The notes below the pieces were generated by a model, which was not told where the DNA came from, made no database searches, and saw only the letters and a list, made by a program, of their open reading frames with translations. A stretch of DNA of 32,000 nucleotides from Raphidiopsis brookii D9. GTDB taxonomy: Bacteria > Cyanobacteriota > Cyanobacteriia > Cyanobacteriales > Nostocaceae. Shown here piece after piece: positions 19,737 through 30,544 of the stretch. The position numbers were made by a program, and so were the translations under genes. The stretch lies in NCBI GenBank assembly GCA_000175855.1, contig ACYB01000022.1, forward strand, positions 71,026 through 103,025, read 5' to 3'. Position 1 is the stretch's first letter; each line of letters begins with the position of its first letter.

Positions 19737-20132
19737 GGGATATTATTCTATCTTAATAATAATTTACATAAAAGCTCAACCTAGTATTAAATCTCCCTAA
19801 TCCCCATATTTGGGTCTTCCCATCCTACCACTTAGCTGGATTACCCCCCATAATGGCTAATTTGTTTTTTGTAACTATTTTATATTAAAAGTAATAAAAA
19901 CTTGATTTAAGGCTAAATATAGAGATTTTTTAAAATTTAAGGGACATTTAAACCGTAAAAAATCAGTTTTGCTTGTAAATTCTACATTTAGAGCAGATTT
20001 TCGTATTTGATTGCCCTTTGCTTTATAGGGAACTTGCATAATAATGACAATCACAGACCCTAAGAAATTGCCTGGTAAAAACCCAGGATCTTTGTGGAAC
20101 CCAAAAGAAAAACTATTGAGAGATGACAAATT

Positions 20133-20999
20133 ATGAAATTAGCAGTTTATGGAAAGGGCGGTATTGGTAAATCTACAACCAGCTGTAACATATCCGTGGC
20201 CCTTGCCAAACGGGGTAAAAAGGTACTACAAATTGGCTGTGACCCAAAACATGACAGCACTTTTACCCTGACCGGGTTTTTGATTCCCACCATCATTGAC
20301 ACCCTGCAAGAAAAAGACTATCACTATGAAGATGTGTGGCCAGAGGATGTCATTTACCCTGGATATGGTGGTGTTGACTGTGTAGAAGCTGGTGGTCCAC
20401 CCGCAGGTGCAGGATGTGGTGGTTATGTGGTAGGTGAAACTGTCAAACTCTTAAAGGAACTCAATGCTTTTGATGAGTATGATGTAATTCTATTTGATGT
20501 TTTGGGTGATGTGGTTTGTGGTGGTTTTGCTGCACCTCTAAACTATGCTGACTACTGTTTAATTGTCACTGACAATGGTTTTGATGCACTCTTTGCTGCT
20601 AATCGGATTGCTGCTTCTGTCCGTGAAAAAGCCAGAACTCACCCCTTACGTTTAGCAGGTTTAATCGGTAATCGCACCGCGAAACGGGATTTAATCGAGA
20701 AGTATGTAGAAGCAGTGCCAATGCCTGTATTAGAGGTATTGCCATTGATTGAAGATATTCGTGTTTCTCGTGTTAAGGGTAAAACCCTGTTTGAAATGGC
20801 AGAATCAGACCCCTCTCTCAATTATGTTTGTGACTATTATTTGAGCATTGCTGACCAAATTTTAGCTCAACCAGAGGGGGTTGTTCCCAGTGATGCTCCT
20901 GATCGGGAATTATTTTCCCTGTTGTCAGATTTCTATTTAAATCCCACTAAACCACAGACTAATAACCAGGAACAAGAATCGAAACTGATGATGGTCTGA
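20133..20999 (+). CDS. chlL: Light-independent protochlorophyllide reductase, iron-sulfur ATP-binding subunit
   Basis: NifH-like [74 protein letters not shown]. Confidence 0.97.
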   Translation: MKLAVYGKGGIGKSTTSCNISVALAKRGKKVLQIGCDPKHDSTFTLTGFLIPTIIDTLQEKDYHYEDVWPEDVIYPGYGGVDCVEAGGPPAGAGCGGYVVGETVKLLKELNAFDEYDVILFDVLGDVVCGGFAAPLNYADYCLIVTDNGFDALFAANRIAASVREKARTHPLRLAGLIGNRTAKRDLIEKYVEAVPMPVLEVLPLIEDIRVSRVKGKTLFEMAESDPSLNYVCDYYLSIADQILAQPEGVVPSDAPDRELFSLLSDFYLNPTKPQTNNQEQESKLMMV

Positions 21000-21209
21000 A
21001 GTGTTTAATTATGGGTGAAGATCGGGAACCCAGTTGCAGCAAACTAGCTATCGAAAAACAGCTTCATCTTATCTACAAATTGTCCTCAGTCTCCCGTATC
21101 ATGGTCAGTTGCTGTTATATTACACATAAAACACAGCAGTTCTTGAAAACCTGATTTTTCTGCTTGGTTTTTTCACCCAACAACTTAGTTTTTACCGGAT
21201 AGGGGAAAT

Positions 21210-21749
21210 ATGGCTTTCTTCGATAGTTTTACTGATGCAATTAAACAAAAGTGGTTACATTTTTTTGAGGTCAATCGTGAGTGGATTGTGGTGCAAATGG
21301 CTGCACAATCAATGTCTACCCCTGATGGAGGTAAACGCCCTTCCTCCTACCTGATCCTAGGTGTGGTCAACGCTCTAGAACCCAAACTTGCTCAGTTGAT
21401 GTTTCCCTTTGCCAAGTTGAATCCTGACCCCGATATTTTAGTTGAGGTTCTGGGATTAAATTTTGACCCCGATCTTGCTATTGCAGGTCAAGCAGGTAAT
21501 CCAGATGATGGGAAAGTATATTCTGATGCACCTAGTGTGGTGGGGGAAAATCCTTCATTAGTGAATAGGTCTCTAGGGTTGAATTTACCGGATGATGATG
21601 AATTTAATGATTTCAACCAATCCCATGAGACTGGAATGGGTGAGTTGGTTTCTGACGTTTGGGGTGGGGATTCCTCTGGAAATGGGGAGGAATTACCTCC
21701 TAGGGTTTTTGATGGTTCGGAAATGGCCCGTCTCTTTCCCGAAAATTAA
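21210..21749 (+). CDS. Hypothetical protein between chlL and chlN (resembles the DUF5331-type cyanobacterial protein)
   Basis: 179-aa ORF (MAFFDSFTDAIKQKWLHFFEVNREWIVVQMA...) directly between and co-oriented with chlL and chlN. Its C-terminal half is acidic and low-complexity. The DUF name is from memory. Confidence 0.75.
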   Translation: MAFFDSFTDAIKQKWLHFFEVNREWIVVQMAAQSMSTPDGGKRPSSYLILGVVNALEPKLAQLMFPFAKLNPDPDILVEVLGLNFDPDLAIAGQAGNPDDGKVYSDAPSVVGENPSLVNRSLGLNLPDDDEFNDFNQSHETGMGELVSDVWGGDSSGNGEELPPRVFDGSEMARLFPEN

Positions 21750-21779
21750 ATGAATATAAATAAAGGAGAGAAAAATTAA

Positions 21780-23183
<1,404 letters not shown>

Positions 23184-23206
23184 AACGGTGTATTCTTAGG
23201 CAATAT

Positions 23207-23243
23207 GGGGTCAACTTGTAAAGAAGTTAACCCCTTTTATTTT
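23207..23243 (+). terminator. Rho-independent-type terminator of chlN
   Basis: 11-bp arms with one mismatch, ggggtcaactt (23207-23217) / aagttaacccc (23224-23234), loop gtaaag, followed immediately by ttttatttt. Confidence 0.75.
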
Positions 23244-24565
23244 CATCTGTAGTTCGGACTCTGAATGCTGCGCAATTTAGCTGCATCTCGCATTCCATAA
23301 TCGGCACGAGTAAAGCGATTTAATTGAGATTCAAAAAAGTCTCGATTTGCTTGTAAGTGACGAGGATTAGTGTCATCCAGTGGATATAAAAGAGCAGTTC
23401 TTAATGCTTGAATTACAGCAGATGTAACATTGTACATGGAACGCTGAAAGGTAATTCCTAACTGAATCAACATATCATCCTCACCTCGACAATGTTGTTT
23501 ATAGTAATTTATCAAGTAGGGGGGGAGGAAATGGAGCATATCCTGCATCAGCAACGTGGGGGGAATACCCGCAGTCCCCACGGGGAACACATCAGCATAG
23601 AGAATACCATAGTGGAAATCTTTTTGGTCATTTGGCACTTGTCCAGCTTGAGCATTATATGATTTTGTTCCTCTAAATGGTGCAGTGCGGTAAAATACAG
23701 CTTCTACATAGGGTAGAGCTGCTTCATATAACCAAGTGAAACCCTTAGATTTGGGGATAACTTCATAACATTTGCCATCAACGTAAACATGATGATAAAT
23801 GGGACGACCAGCAATGGCAAAAATGCCATTTATCAGAAAATTCATGGCATCGGGAACACCGGAGAAACCCCCTTCATCATAAATATCTGACATTTCAAAA
23901 AATACGGGTGCCATTACTTCCCAAAACAGTCCTAAGTTGGCATAATAAGACATCATCCGACACTGTTCTAAAAACATGTCTGGGAACAGTTTATAAAGTG
24001 CCAACATGGGGGGGTTTTTCCGAAAGTAGGCTTTGATGGCTCGGTCAGCATTAGCTTTATATTCTTCCGAGTCTAAATAGGCATCAAATTGGTTTACGGG
24101 AGCATACATTTTACGATGCCAAAGCATGGCTTGCATACAAGCTTCCGCGAATTCCATGTTGATTCTGTCATGGAGTAAATGGTGGAACAGTTTGGGTATT
24201 TTCCCGGTTTCACCCTTTTCCATAAATGCCAAAAGTTCCGGATGTGCTGTCGCTTCACCTCGCCAAATTCTTAAATCCGCATCATCTCCAGCATAGTGAT
24301 TATGTAGGTCTAAATATTCTTGCGGTAGGAAGTATTTAAATGCGGGTAAGGGATTTAAAAATACCCTTTCACCAATGTATAGCAAATCTCTCCAATAGAA
24401 GTCCATTGGCACAGCGTATGCTTTATAAATGCCAATGATTTGCATGAGGTTTTCTGGTGTATCTGGTAGCATGGAACCACCAGCTTCTAACCGATGAATA
24501 ATATCCGCAAATTCATGGGTTGATGGTGGTAGTTTGCTGGTGGGTTTGGGAATTGTTTGTACCAT
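23243..24565 (-). CDS. CO2 hydration protein of an NDH-1 CO2-uptake complex (CupA/CupB, ChpY/ChpX family)
   Basis: 440 aa including PMDFYWRDLLYIGERVFLNPLPAFKYFLPQEYLDL...YGILYADVFPVGTAGIPPTLLMQDMLHFLPPYL. It lies directly downstream of ndhD and ndhF. The cupB/chpX assignment is tentative. Confidence 0.88.
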   Translation of the reverse strand: MVQTIPKPTSKLPPSTHEFADIIHRLEAGGSMLPDTPENLMQIIGIYKAYAVPMDFYWRDLLYIGERVFLNPLPAFKYFLPQEYLDLHNHYAGDDADLRIWRGEATAHPELLAFMEKGETGKIPKLFHHLLHDRINMEFAEACMQAMLWHRKMYAPVNQFDAYLDSEEYKANADRAIKAYFRKNPPMLALYKLFPDMFLEQCRMMSYYANLGLFWEVMAPVFFEMSDIYDEGGFSGVPDAMNFLINGIFAIAGRPIYHHVYVDGKCYEVIPKSKGFTWLYEAALPYVEAVFYRTAPFRGTKSYNAQAGQVPNDQKDFHYGILYADVFPVGTAGIPPTLLMQDMLHFLPPYLINYYKQHCRGEDDMLIQLGITFQRSMYNVTSAVIQALRTALLYPLDDTNPRHLQANRDFFESQLNRFTRADYGMRDAAKLRSIQSPNYR

Positions 24566-24628
24566 GTTGGTTAATTGGATTTTAGTTGGATTTTAGTTGG
24601 GTCTTATCTCGGATTATTAATGTTTAAT

Positions 24629-26143
24629 CTACTGCTGATGCTGATTTGTTTCTACTTGGGAAATAATGATTGTCCCCGCTGTGGAAATGGCACCTACCAT
24701 GGCAGAAGTTGTAGTTTCATTCCAACGCACTAACCAGGTTGGTTGCACTCCTAGGAAGATAATTAGTCCAGCTAGTACTAGAGCAGGTATTTTTTCTGCC
24801 CATACTACTTTGGGATAATAGGCAAGATCGTTATTAAGTTTACCAAAACAGGTACGGTTGAGTAGAATCACAAAGTAAACTGCTGTCAAACCAGAGGATG
24901 CGACACATAGGAGTGTAGGTATGGGGAAGGTGGAAAAACTTCCTTGGAAAACAATAAACTCCGCAATAAACCCGGTTAAACCAGGAATACCAGCGCTGGC
25001 CATACCCCCTAGAACAAGTAAAGCACTGACAATGGGTAGTCCCCGAATTGGACTCATCAAACCATTTAGTTTATCTAGTTCTCTAGTACCAACTTTCCCT
25101 TCGATAATTCCTACTAAATGGAAGAGAATGGCTAAAATTAGACCATGACTAAACATTTGTGCTACTGCACCCACTAAAGCTAGTTTAGTCCCAGAAGCAG
25201 TTGCAAGCAAAATATAACCCATGTGACCGATGGAACTATAAGCTACCATCCGCTTGATGTCTTTTTGAGAAATAGCTACTACTGCTCCATAAATAGCGCT
25301 AATAGCTCCCCATATTGCTAATGTGGGTGCTACCACATTCCATGCTTGGGGAAATAAGCCAAATCCAAATCTTAACAGTCCGTAGGTTCCCAATTTGGCT
25401 AGGATTCCACCCAGTAAAATAGCAATGGGAGCAGATGCTTCCACATAAGCATCTGGTAACCAGGTGTGAAAGGGAATTAGGGGAATTTTAATGCCAAAAC
25501 CTAAAATTATGCCTGCTAATAAAACTATCTGCATGGTTGTAGAAAGGTTTTGGGTGTTCACCGCATCTAGGGCAAAACTGTGGGAACCACTTAACCAGAC
25601 TATTCCTAGGAAGGTGGCTAAAATTAACGCTCCTGATACTGCTGTGTAAATCAGGAATTTCATTCCAGCATAAGCTCGTTTGTTACCCCCCCATATAGAA
25701 ATTAATAGGTAAAAGGGAATTAGTTCCATTTCGTAGAACAGGAAGAACAGTAAAAGGTTTTGAGCTAGGAATGCACCAGCAACTCCACCAGAAACTAATA
25801 AAACCAGGGAGTAGAAAAGTTTAGGACGTTCGGTATTTTCACTGCTGCTATAGATTGCAATCCAGGTTAACAAGCTGTTCAATATCAACATGAGGATTGA
25901 TAGTCCATCAACACCTAGTTGATAAGCTAGACCCAAGGTTTCATTCCAAGGTAGATATTCTGAAAACTGCATTCCCGGATTGGTGATGTCGAATTTCACC
26001 AGGATAAATGCGTTCCATAGCAGAAGTACAAACGAAATAGTTAACGACACTAGTCGAATCCTATTTCTAGGGATAATTGTGTCGGGTAGGATACTGATAA
26101 TAGCAGCACCAATGATGGGTAACCAAATTAAAACGCTCAACAT
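24629..26143 (-). CDS. ndhD: NAD(P)H-quinone oxidoreductase subunit 4 (NdhD3/NdhD4-type)
   Basis: 504 aa, NuoM/NdhD family: LAYQLGVDGLSILMLILNSLLTW, FFLFYEMELIPFYLLISIWGG, KRMVAYSSIGHMGYI. Confidence 0.93.
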   Translation of the reverse strand: MLSVLIWLPIIGAAIISILPDTIIPRNRIRLVSLTISFVLLLWNAFILVKFDITNPGMQFSEYLPWNETLGLAYQLGVDGLSILMLILNSLLTWIAIYSSSENTERPKLFYSLVLLVSGGVAGAFLAQNLLLFFLFYEMELIPFYLLISIWGGNKRAYAGMKFLIYTAVSGALILATFLGIVWLSGSHSFALDAVNTQNLSTTMQIVLLAGIILGFGIKIPLIPFHTWLPDAYVEASAPIAILLGGILAKLGTYGLLRFGFGLFPQAWNVVAPTLAIWGAISAIYGAVVAISQKDIKRMVAYSSIGHMGYILLATASGTKLALVGAVAQMFSHGLILAILFHLVGIIEGKVGTRELDKLNGLMSPIRGLPIVSALLVLGGMASAGIPGLTGFIAEFIVFQGSFSTFPIPTLLCVASSGLTAVYFVILLNRTCFGKLNNDLAYYPKVVWAEKIPALVLAGLIIFLGVQPTWLVRWNETTTSAMVGAISTAGTIIISQVETNQHQQ

Positions 26144-26204
26144 AGTTTAATGATGGGTAGAATATGAGTTTGAACAGGGGGTTATAAACTGGTCATCTGG
26201 GTTT

Positions 26205-28064
26205 TTAAAAAACTAGATTCATAAATTGAACACCCCAAAAAGGCCAGGTTGCCCAAGCTCCTAAAACAGCAACACCAACTAAGACAGTGAAGGCATAAAA
26301 TTGGGTTTGTCCACTGTTGCTGTATTTCAAACTTTCTCCTCCCAAAAGGGAGAATAAACCCACGAAATTCACTATTCCATCAACCACAAATCTGTCTACA
26401 ATGTCAGCTAGTTTAGAAAGCTGGGCAACTCCAAAAATGATGGTAACTTTATAGAGTTTAGGGGTGTAAAAGTCATAAGCCAAGAGGTTTTGTAAGCCTT
26501 TCCAGGGTAAGGCAATTGGTTTGGGAATATTACCCAAGTAAATGACAGCACTAATGCTGACACCAAAAATGCTAGACCAAATTAACAGCAGTGCCACGTC
26601 TTTTTGTAATGCGGTCCAACTGGGTAGTAAGGATAAACTTTGCAAAATTAGTGGTAGATGTAAAACCATGCCAAATAATATCATCATGGGTAAAACCATC
26701 AACCAAATCGCTTCCGGTGAACGTTCACTCATTTGTTTGGGTTTGCCACCAAATATTAAACAAAATTCTCTGGTTAAACTAAAAGCTGTTAGGGCGTTCA
26801 CTGCAATAATAATTCCCACTAACCAAGGGTGATTTGCCCATATCCCATCAGCTAATTTCAGCAGGGCCCAAAAACTACCCAGGGGAGGAAAACCTATTAA
26901 ACCTAAAATTCCCACAATGAATGCTAAACCGGAAATTGGACGACGTGACCATAAACCACCCAGTTGGGTTACATCTTGGGTAATGCTATTCCAAATTATC
27001 CCCCCCGTACTCATTACTAACAATGCTGTGGATAGGGCATGGGTGAGGACTAGTAGTAAGGCAGCTTCGTCTTGCTGAGTACCTACTGCAATAAAAACTA
27101 ATCCCATATAGGTACTAACTGAGTAGGATAAACAACGTTTAATGTCAATTTGAGCGATCGCAATTAGGGAACCACCGACTGCTGTAACTGCACCGATGGC
27201 AATCATGGTGGTGGAAGCTATTGGTGATAAGCTAAATACGGGTTGGAGTTTGATTAGGACCCAAGCTCCACTTGCGACTACTACGGAGTTCCGGAGTATA
27301 GTACTGGGAATTGGCCCTTCCATGGCTTCGTCTAACCATAGGTGAAGGGGGAATTGAGCGCATTTACCCATGGGTCCAGCGATTAGAGCTAAACAAACTA
27401 AGGTGATAATGGTTGGGTCTACTTTAGCTGTCTGTGCCCAGATGGCTAGATCTTGGTAGTCCCAAGTTCCTGCTAATGTCCATAGTCCTAAAACTCCCAT
27501 CAACAGGAATAGGTCACCTACCCGTTTGGTTAAAAAAGCATCTCTTGCACCAGTTACCACCAGGGGTTGACTAAACCATAAACCTACTAGTAGGTAGGTT
27601 CCCAAGGTGAGGATTTCTAAAACCACGTAACTGAAGAATAGGTTATTGCATATAGCTAATGCACATAACCCAGCTTCAAAAAAACCTAATAGGGAGTAGA
27701 AGCGTCCCCATCCCCAGTCCATTTCCATATAGCCCACAGCATAAATTTGGGCAAGAAAGTTTAATCCGGTGATTACAACTAGAGCACCAACGCTAATTGA
27801 AGATAGTTCCAGATTAATGATTAGGTTTAAACCAGCAGTAGATAGCCATGGAATGAATACTTCTTTAGCTGGATGGTTCCAAGTGGCTATAAAAGCAATT
27901 GCTGAATGTAAAAAAGCCAAAAATGTTGTTATTAAATTGACATAACCAGCTGGTCGTGGTCCTGTTCGTTTAATTATCCCTGGAGACCAGGGTAATGCCA
28001 AAAGACCACCTAACAAAGCATAGCCAGGAACCAACCAAACGGTTTCTAGCAAGTATTGGGACAT
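26205..28064 (-). CDS. ndhF: NAD(P)H-quinone oxidoreductase subunit 5 (NdhF3/NdhF4-type)
   Basis: 619 aa, NuoL/NdhF family: VLEILTLGTYLLVGLWFSQPLVVTGARDAFLTKRVGDLFLLMG, PLHLWLDEAMEGPIPSTILRNSVVVASGAWVLIKLQP. Upstream of ndhD on the same strand. Confidence 0.92.
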   Translation of the reverse strand: MSQYLLETVWLVPGYALLGGLLALPWSPGIIKRTGPRPAGYVNLITTFLAFLHSAIAFIATWNHPAKEVFIPWLSTAGLNLIINLELSSISVGALVVITGLNFLAQIYAVGYMEMDWGWGRFYSLLGFFEAGLCALAICNNLFFSYVVLEILTLGTYLLVGLWFSQPLVVTGARDAFLTKRVGDLFLLMGVLGLWTLAGTWDYQDLAIWAQTAKVDPTIITLVCLALIAGPMGKCAQFPLHLWLDEAMEGPIPSTILRNSVVVASGAWVLIKLQPVFSLSPIASTTMIAIGAVTAVGGSLIAIAQIDIKRCLSYSVSTYMGLVFIAVGTQQDEAALLLVLTHALSTALLVMSTGGIIWNSITQDVTQLGGLWSRRPISGLAFIVGILGLIGFPPLGSFWALLKLADGIWANHPWLVGIIIAVNALTAFSLTREFCLIFGGKPKQMSERSPEAIWLMVLPMMILFGMVLHLPLILQSLSLLPSWTALQKDVALLLIWSSIFGVSISAVIYLGNIPKPIALPWKGLQNLLAYDFYTPKLYKVTIIFGVAQLSKLADIVDRFVVDGIVNFVGLFSLLGGESLKYSNSGQTQFYAFTVLVGVAVLGAWATWPFWGVQFMNLVF

Positions 28065-28307
28065 CTACTTAACCTCTATATTTACATTTACCGACAGTAT
28101 TATTCTTAGAAGACAAAAAGGTATTGATCCCTGATGGTCTCAAGCTAAAAAGAATACGAGTTCATCTTTTGTTATTGTTGGATCCAGTTTACCGTTATGT
28201 CTGGCAAAAGGGAATTACCCAAGTAGATCAATATGCGATATCTTATGTAATTTATTCTTATAGCTGCTATATAGTATATTGAGTTCTCCAATGATAAACA
28301 TTGGTTT

Positions 28308-28493
28308 TTATCTGGTGTTCTGACCAATCCTATCATTCAACCTCATTGGAGTGACTATTGGCATTGTTAATTCCTCCATGGGAGCGGGTTTCATATCCCG
28401 ATAGTCCAGAATCTGGACTACAATTAAATAAGCTATAGCTAAAAGGATAGAGATTGCGCCTGTAAGAATTGCAATAATTTTTGATCTACTCAT
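28308..28493 (-). CDS. Small hypothetical single-TM protein
   Basis: 61 aa: MSRSKIIAILTGAISILLAIAYLIVVQILDYRDMKPAPMEELTMPIV. One TM helix followed by a proline-rich tail, in the intergenic region between ndhF and queD. Confidence 0.6.
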   Translation of the reverse strand: MSRSKIIAILTGAISILLAIAYLIVVQILDYRDMKPAPMEELTMPIVTPMRLNDRIGQNTR

Positions 28494-28566
28494 ACATTTA
28501 ATTACTAGCTCGCTGTTATAGTTAATTTTTTAGTTTCGCGTTGTAATAAACAAGGAAGCCAAATCA

Positions 28567-28956
28567 ATGCCCAGATGGAAATTATCCACGGAATTTACAT
28601 TTGATAGTGCCCACTACATCAAAGATTATAAAGGACCCTGTGGGAGAATGCACGGTCACACTTATAAAGTCAAAATTGAAGTCACATCATCACAACTCCA
28701 TAGCTCAGAATACTGTCCCCATCCCGTTATGGTGGCTGATTTTAAAAGTTTACGCTGGGCTAAAAAGGATGTTACCCAAGGAGGTTTAGATCACTGTGTG
28801 CTGAATGAAGTTTTACCACCTGAGTATGAAACAACTGCGGAAATGATTGCTAAATATATTTATGATGAAACTAAAAGACGCTTGCCAACGGAGGTTAAAC
28901 TCAAGGTGGCAGTGTCGGAAACACCTAATTCTTGGGCTGAATATGAGGATGATTAA
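28567..28956 (+). CDS. queD: 6-carboxytetrahydropterin synthase / PTPS-family protein
   Basis: FTFDSAHYIKDYKGPCGRMHGHTYKVKIEV (Zn-binding His motif), VMVADFKSLR, LDHCVLNE, SETPNSWAEYE. Confidence 0.9.
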   Translation: MPRWKLSTEFTFDSAHYIKDYKGPCGRMHGHTYKVKIEVTSSQLHSSEYCPHPVMVADFKSLRWAKKDVTQGGLDHCVLNEVLPPEYETTAEMIAKYIYDETKRRLPTEVKLKVAVSETPNSWAEYEDD

Positions 28957-30100
28957 CCAAGGTGTTTATGGATAAGTTGTTTTCTGCAGGTGCTAAATCT
29001 TGCTCACCTGTCTCATCCAATTGGTGATTTGTCTGGTCAATCACCATGGGAGAACGAATCACTCCAATAACGGTTTTGATTACTACCGCACAGGGAACAG
29101 CAACAATTACCCCTAACAAACCTCCAACTCTGGCTCCAGTAAGGACTGAAATCAATACCCATACGGGATTTAACCCAGTAAAGTTACCTAGGATACGGGG
29201 GGCGAGGATGTTTTCCAGAATCTGTTGAACTATCACAGCTGCTGCTAATACTCTCACCCCCATGGAAATATCCTGGAGAGAAACTAATAGGGTTGTGATG
29301 GCAATACCTACGGAACCACCAAAGGGAATTAATGCCATAATCCCAATGGTTAAACCAAATAACAGTCCGTATGGGACTTTTAACCACAAAAATGAGGGAA
29401 TTAGGGCTGAGGCCATACATGTGGATAAAATTAATTGGGTAATGAAAAAGTTCTGGAAGCTCAACCTGACCGTTCGAGAAAATGGTTCCCGAAATTTATT
29501 CGGTAACCATTCTACTAAGCTTTGCCAAAGTTCATCCCCATGTTGCAACAGATAAAAGGTTAAAACCATAGTTAGCAGAAAGTCTAATAGACTGGTCACC
29601 GTTACTACAGCTAAGTTTAAAACCTGAGCAGTAATTGCTTGTAGTTGACTCTTGACACGATCATTAATTTGCACCACAATGGCGTCAAGATTGATTGGCA
29701 ACCCCATCATCTCCGCTTTCTCATTTAAAATCATTAATTGCGATCGCCCGGAATCTATCCATTCTGGTAAGCGGTTCACTAATTGTCTGGCCTGGGTCAA
29801 AGCCAGGGGAAATAGGGTCACACCCAATGCTAGGAGAATTGATAAGGCTATTAAAAACACTAGTACAGCCACTTGTTCCCTTCTAGCACCCTGCTTTTGC
29901 ATCCAGGTAATTGGATAGTTAAGCAAAAATGCCAGCACTGAAGCTCCTACCAAAATTACTATCAATGAGTGGAAATAATTGAAGATTGAGGACAACGCCC
30001 AACCATTGATCACCAATAGGGGAGCAAATAGAGCGATCGCCCCGATGCGGGACAATGGTGTAAATCTTTGCCACCATTCCAGTAGCTTTCTCGTGTGCAT
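28925..30100 (-). CDS. AI-2E family transporter (PerM/YdiK-like)
   Basis: 391 aa with many TM helices: VLVGASVLAFLLNYPITW, ILENILAPRILGNFTGLNPVWVLISVLTGARVGGLLGVIVAVP. Confidence 0.88.
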   Translation of the reverse strand: MHTRKLLEWWQRFTPLSRIGAIALFAPLLVINGWALSSIFNYFHSLIVILVGASVLAFLLNYPITWMQKQGARREQVAVLVFLIALSILLALGVTLFPLALTQARQLVNRLPEWIDSGRSQLMILNEKAEMMGLPINLDAIVVQINDRVKSQLQAITAQVLNLAVVTVTSLLDFLLTMVLTFYLLQHGDELWQSLVEWLPNKFREPFSRTVRLSFQNFFITQLILSTCMASALIPSFLWLKVPYGLLFGLTIGIMALIPFGGSVGIAITTLLVSLQDISMGVRVLAAAVIVQQILENILAPRILGNFTGLNPVWVLISVLTGARVGGLLGVIVAVPCAVVIKTVIGVIRSPMVIDQTNHQLDETGEQDLAPAENNLSINTLVNHPHIQPKN

Positions 30101-30544
30101 TTTGGGTTGATTGGGGTAAAAATGAAGATGACCGGAGATACAGATTAGGAAAAATCTATGACTTAAAAACCATTATTCAAAACTATGGTAGTAACTGTAG
30201 TAACTATCATAGTCGATCTGCCATATCCCTGACAATTCCAGGTAGTTTTGTGGTTGAACTACCTATCTCTCGCTTTTACCCATTAACTCCGTCTATAGCC
30301 TAGATAAAGCCATATCTACCTAAAAATTTACCTAAAGATTGGATTTATTAAGAAACTTAATAGGTTATACTTCCGTCAATATAATCATATAATCAAATTG
30401 CAGGGGCCACCATCCACCTTTCCGGATTGCCCATAAATCCAGAGAATGCCATGAAAGTTCCTTTTTAGTAATCAAGACGGCCAGTTATGTAGAAGTTAAT
30501 ATATTGAAAACAAAAGACAAAAGGTACATTGTTTTATTTTATCC

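Noticed and set aside
19875-20129. Minus-strand 84-aa ORF upstream of chlL
   Set aside because: It covers the probable chlL promoter/leader, and its composition is unconvincing (AT-rich DNA with F/K/N/I-rich codons). It is divergent to chlL with no recognisable motif.
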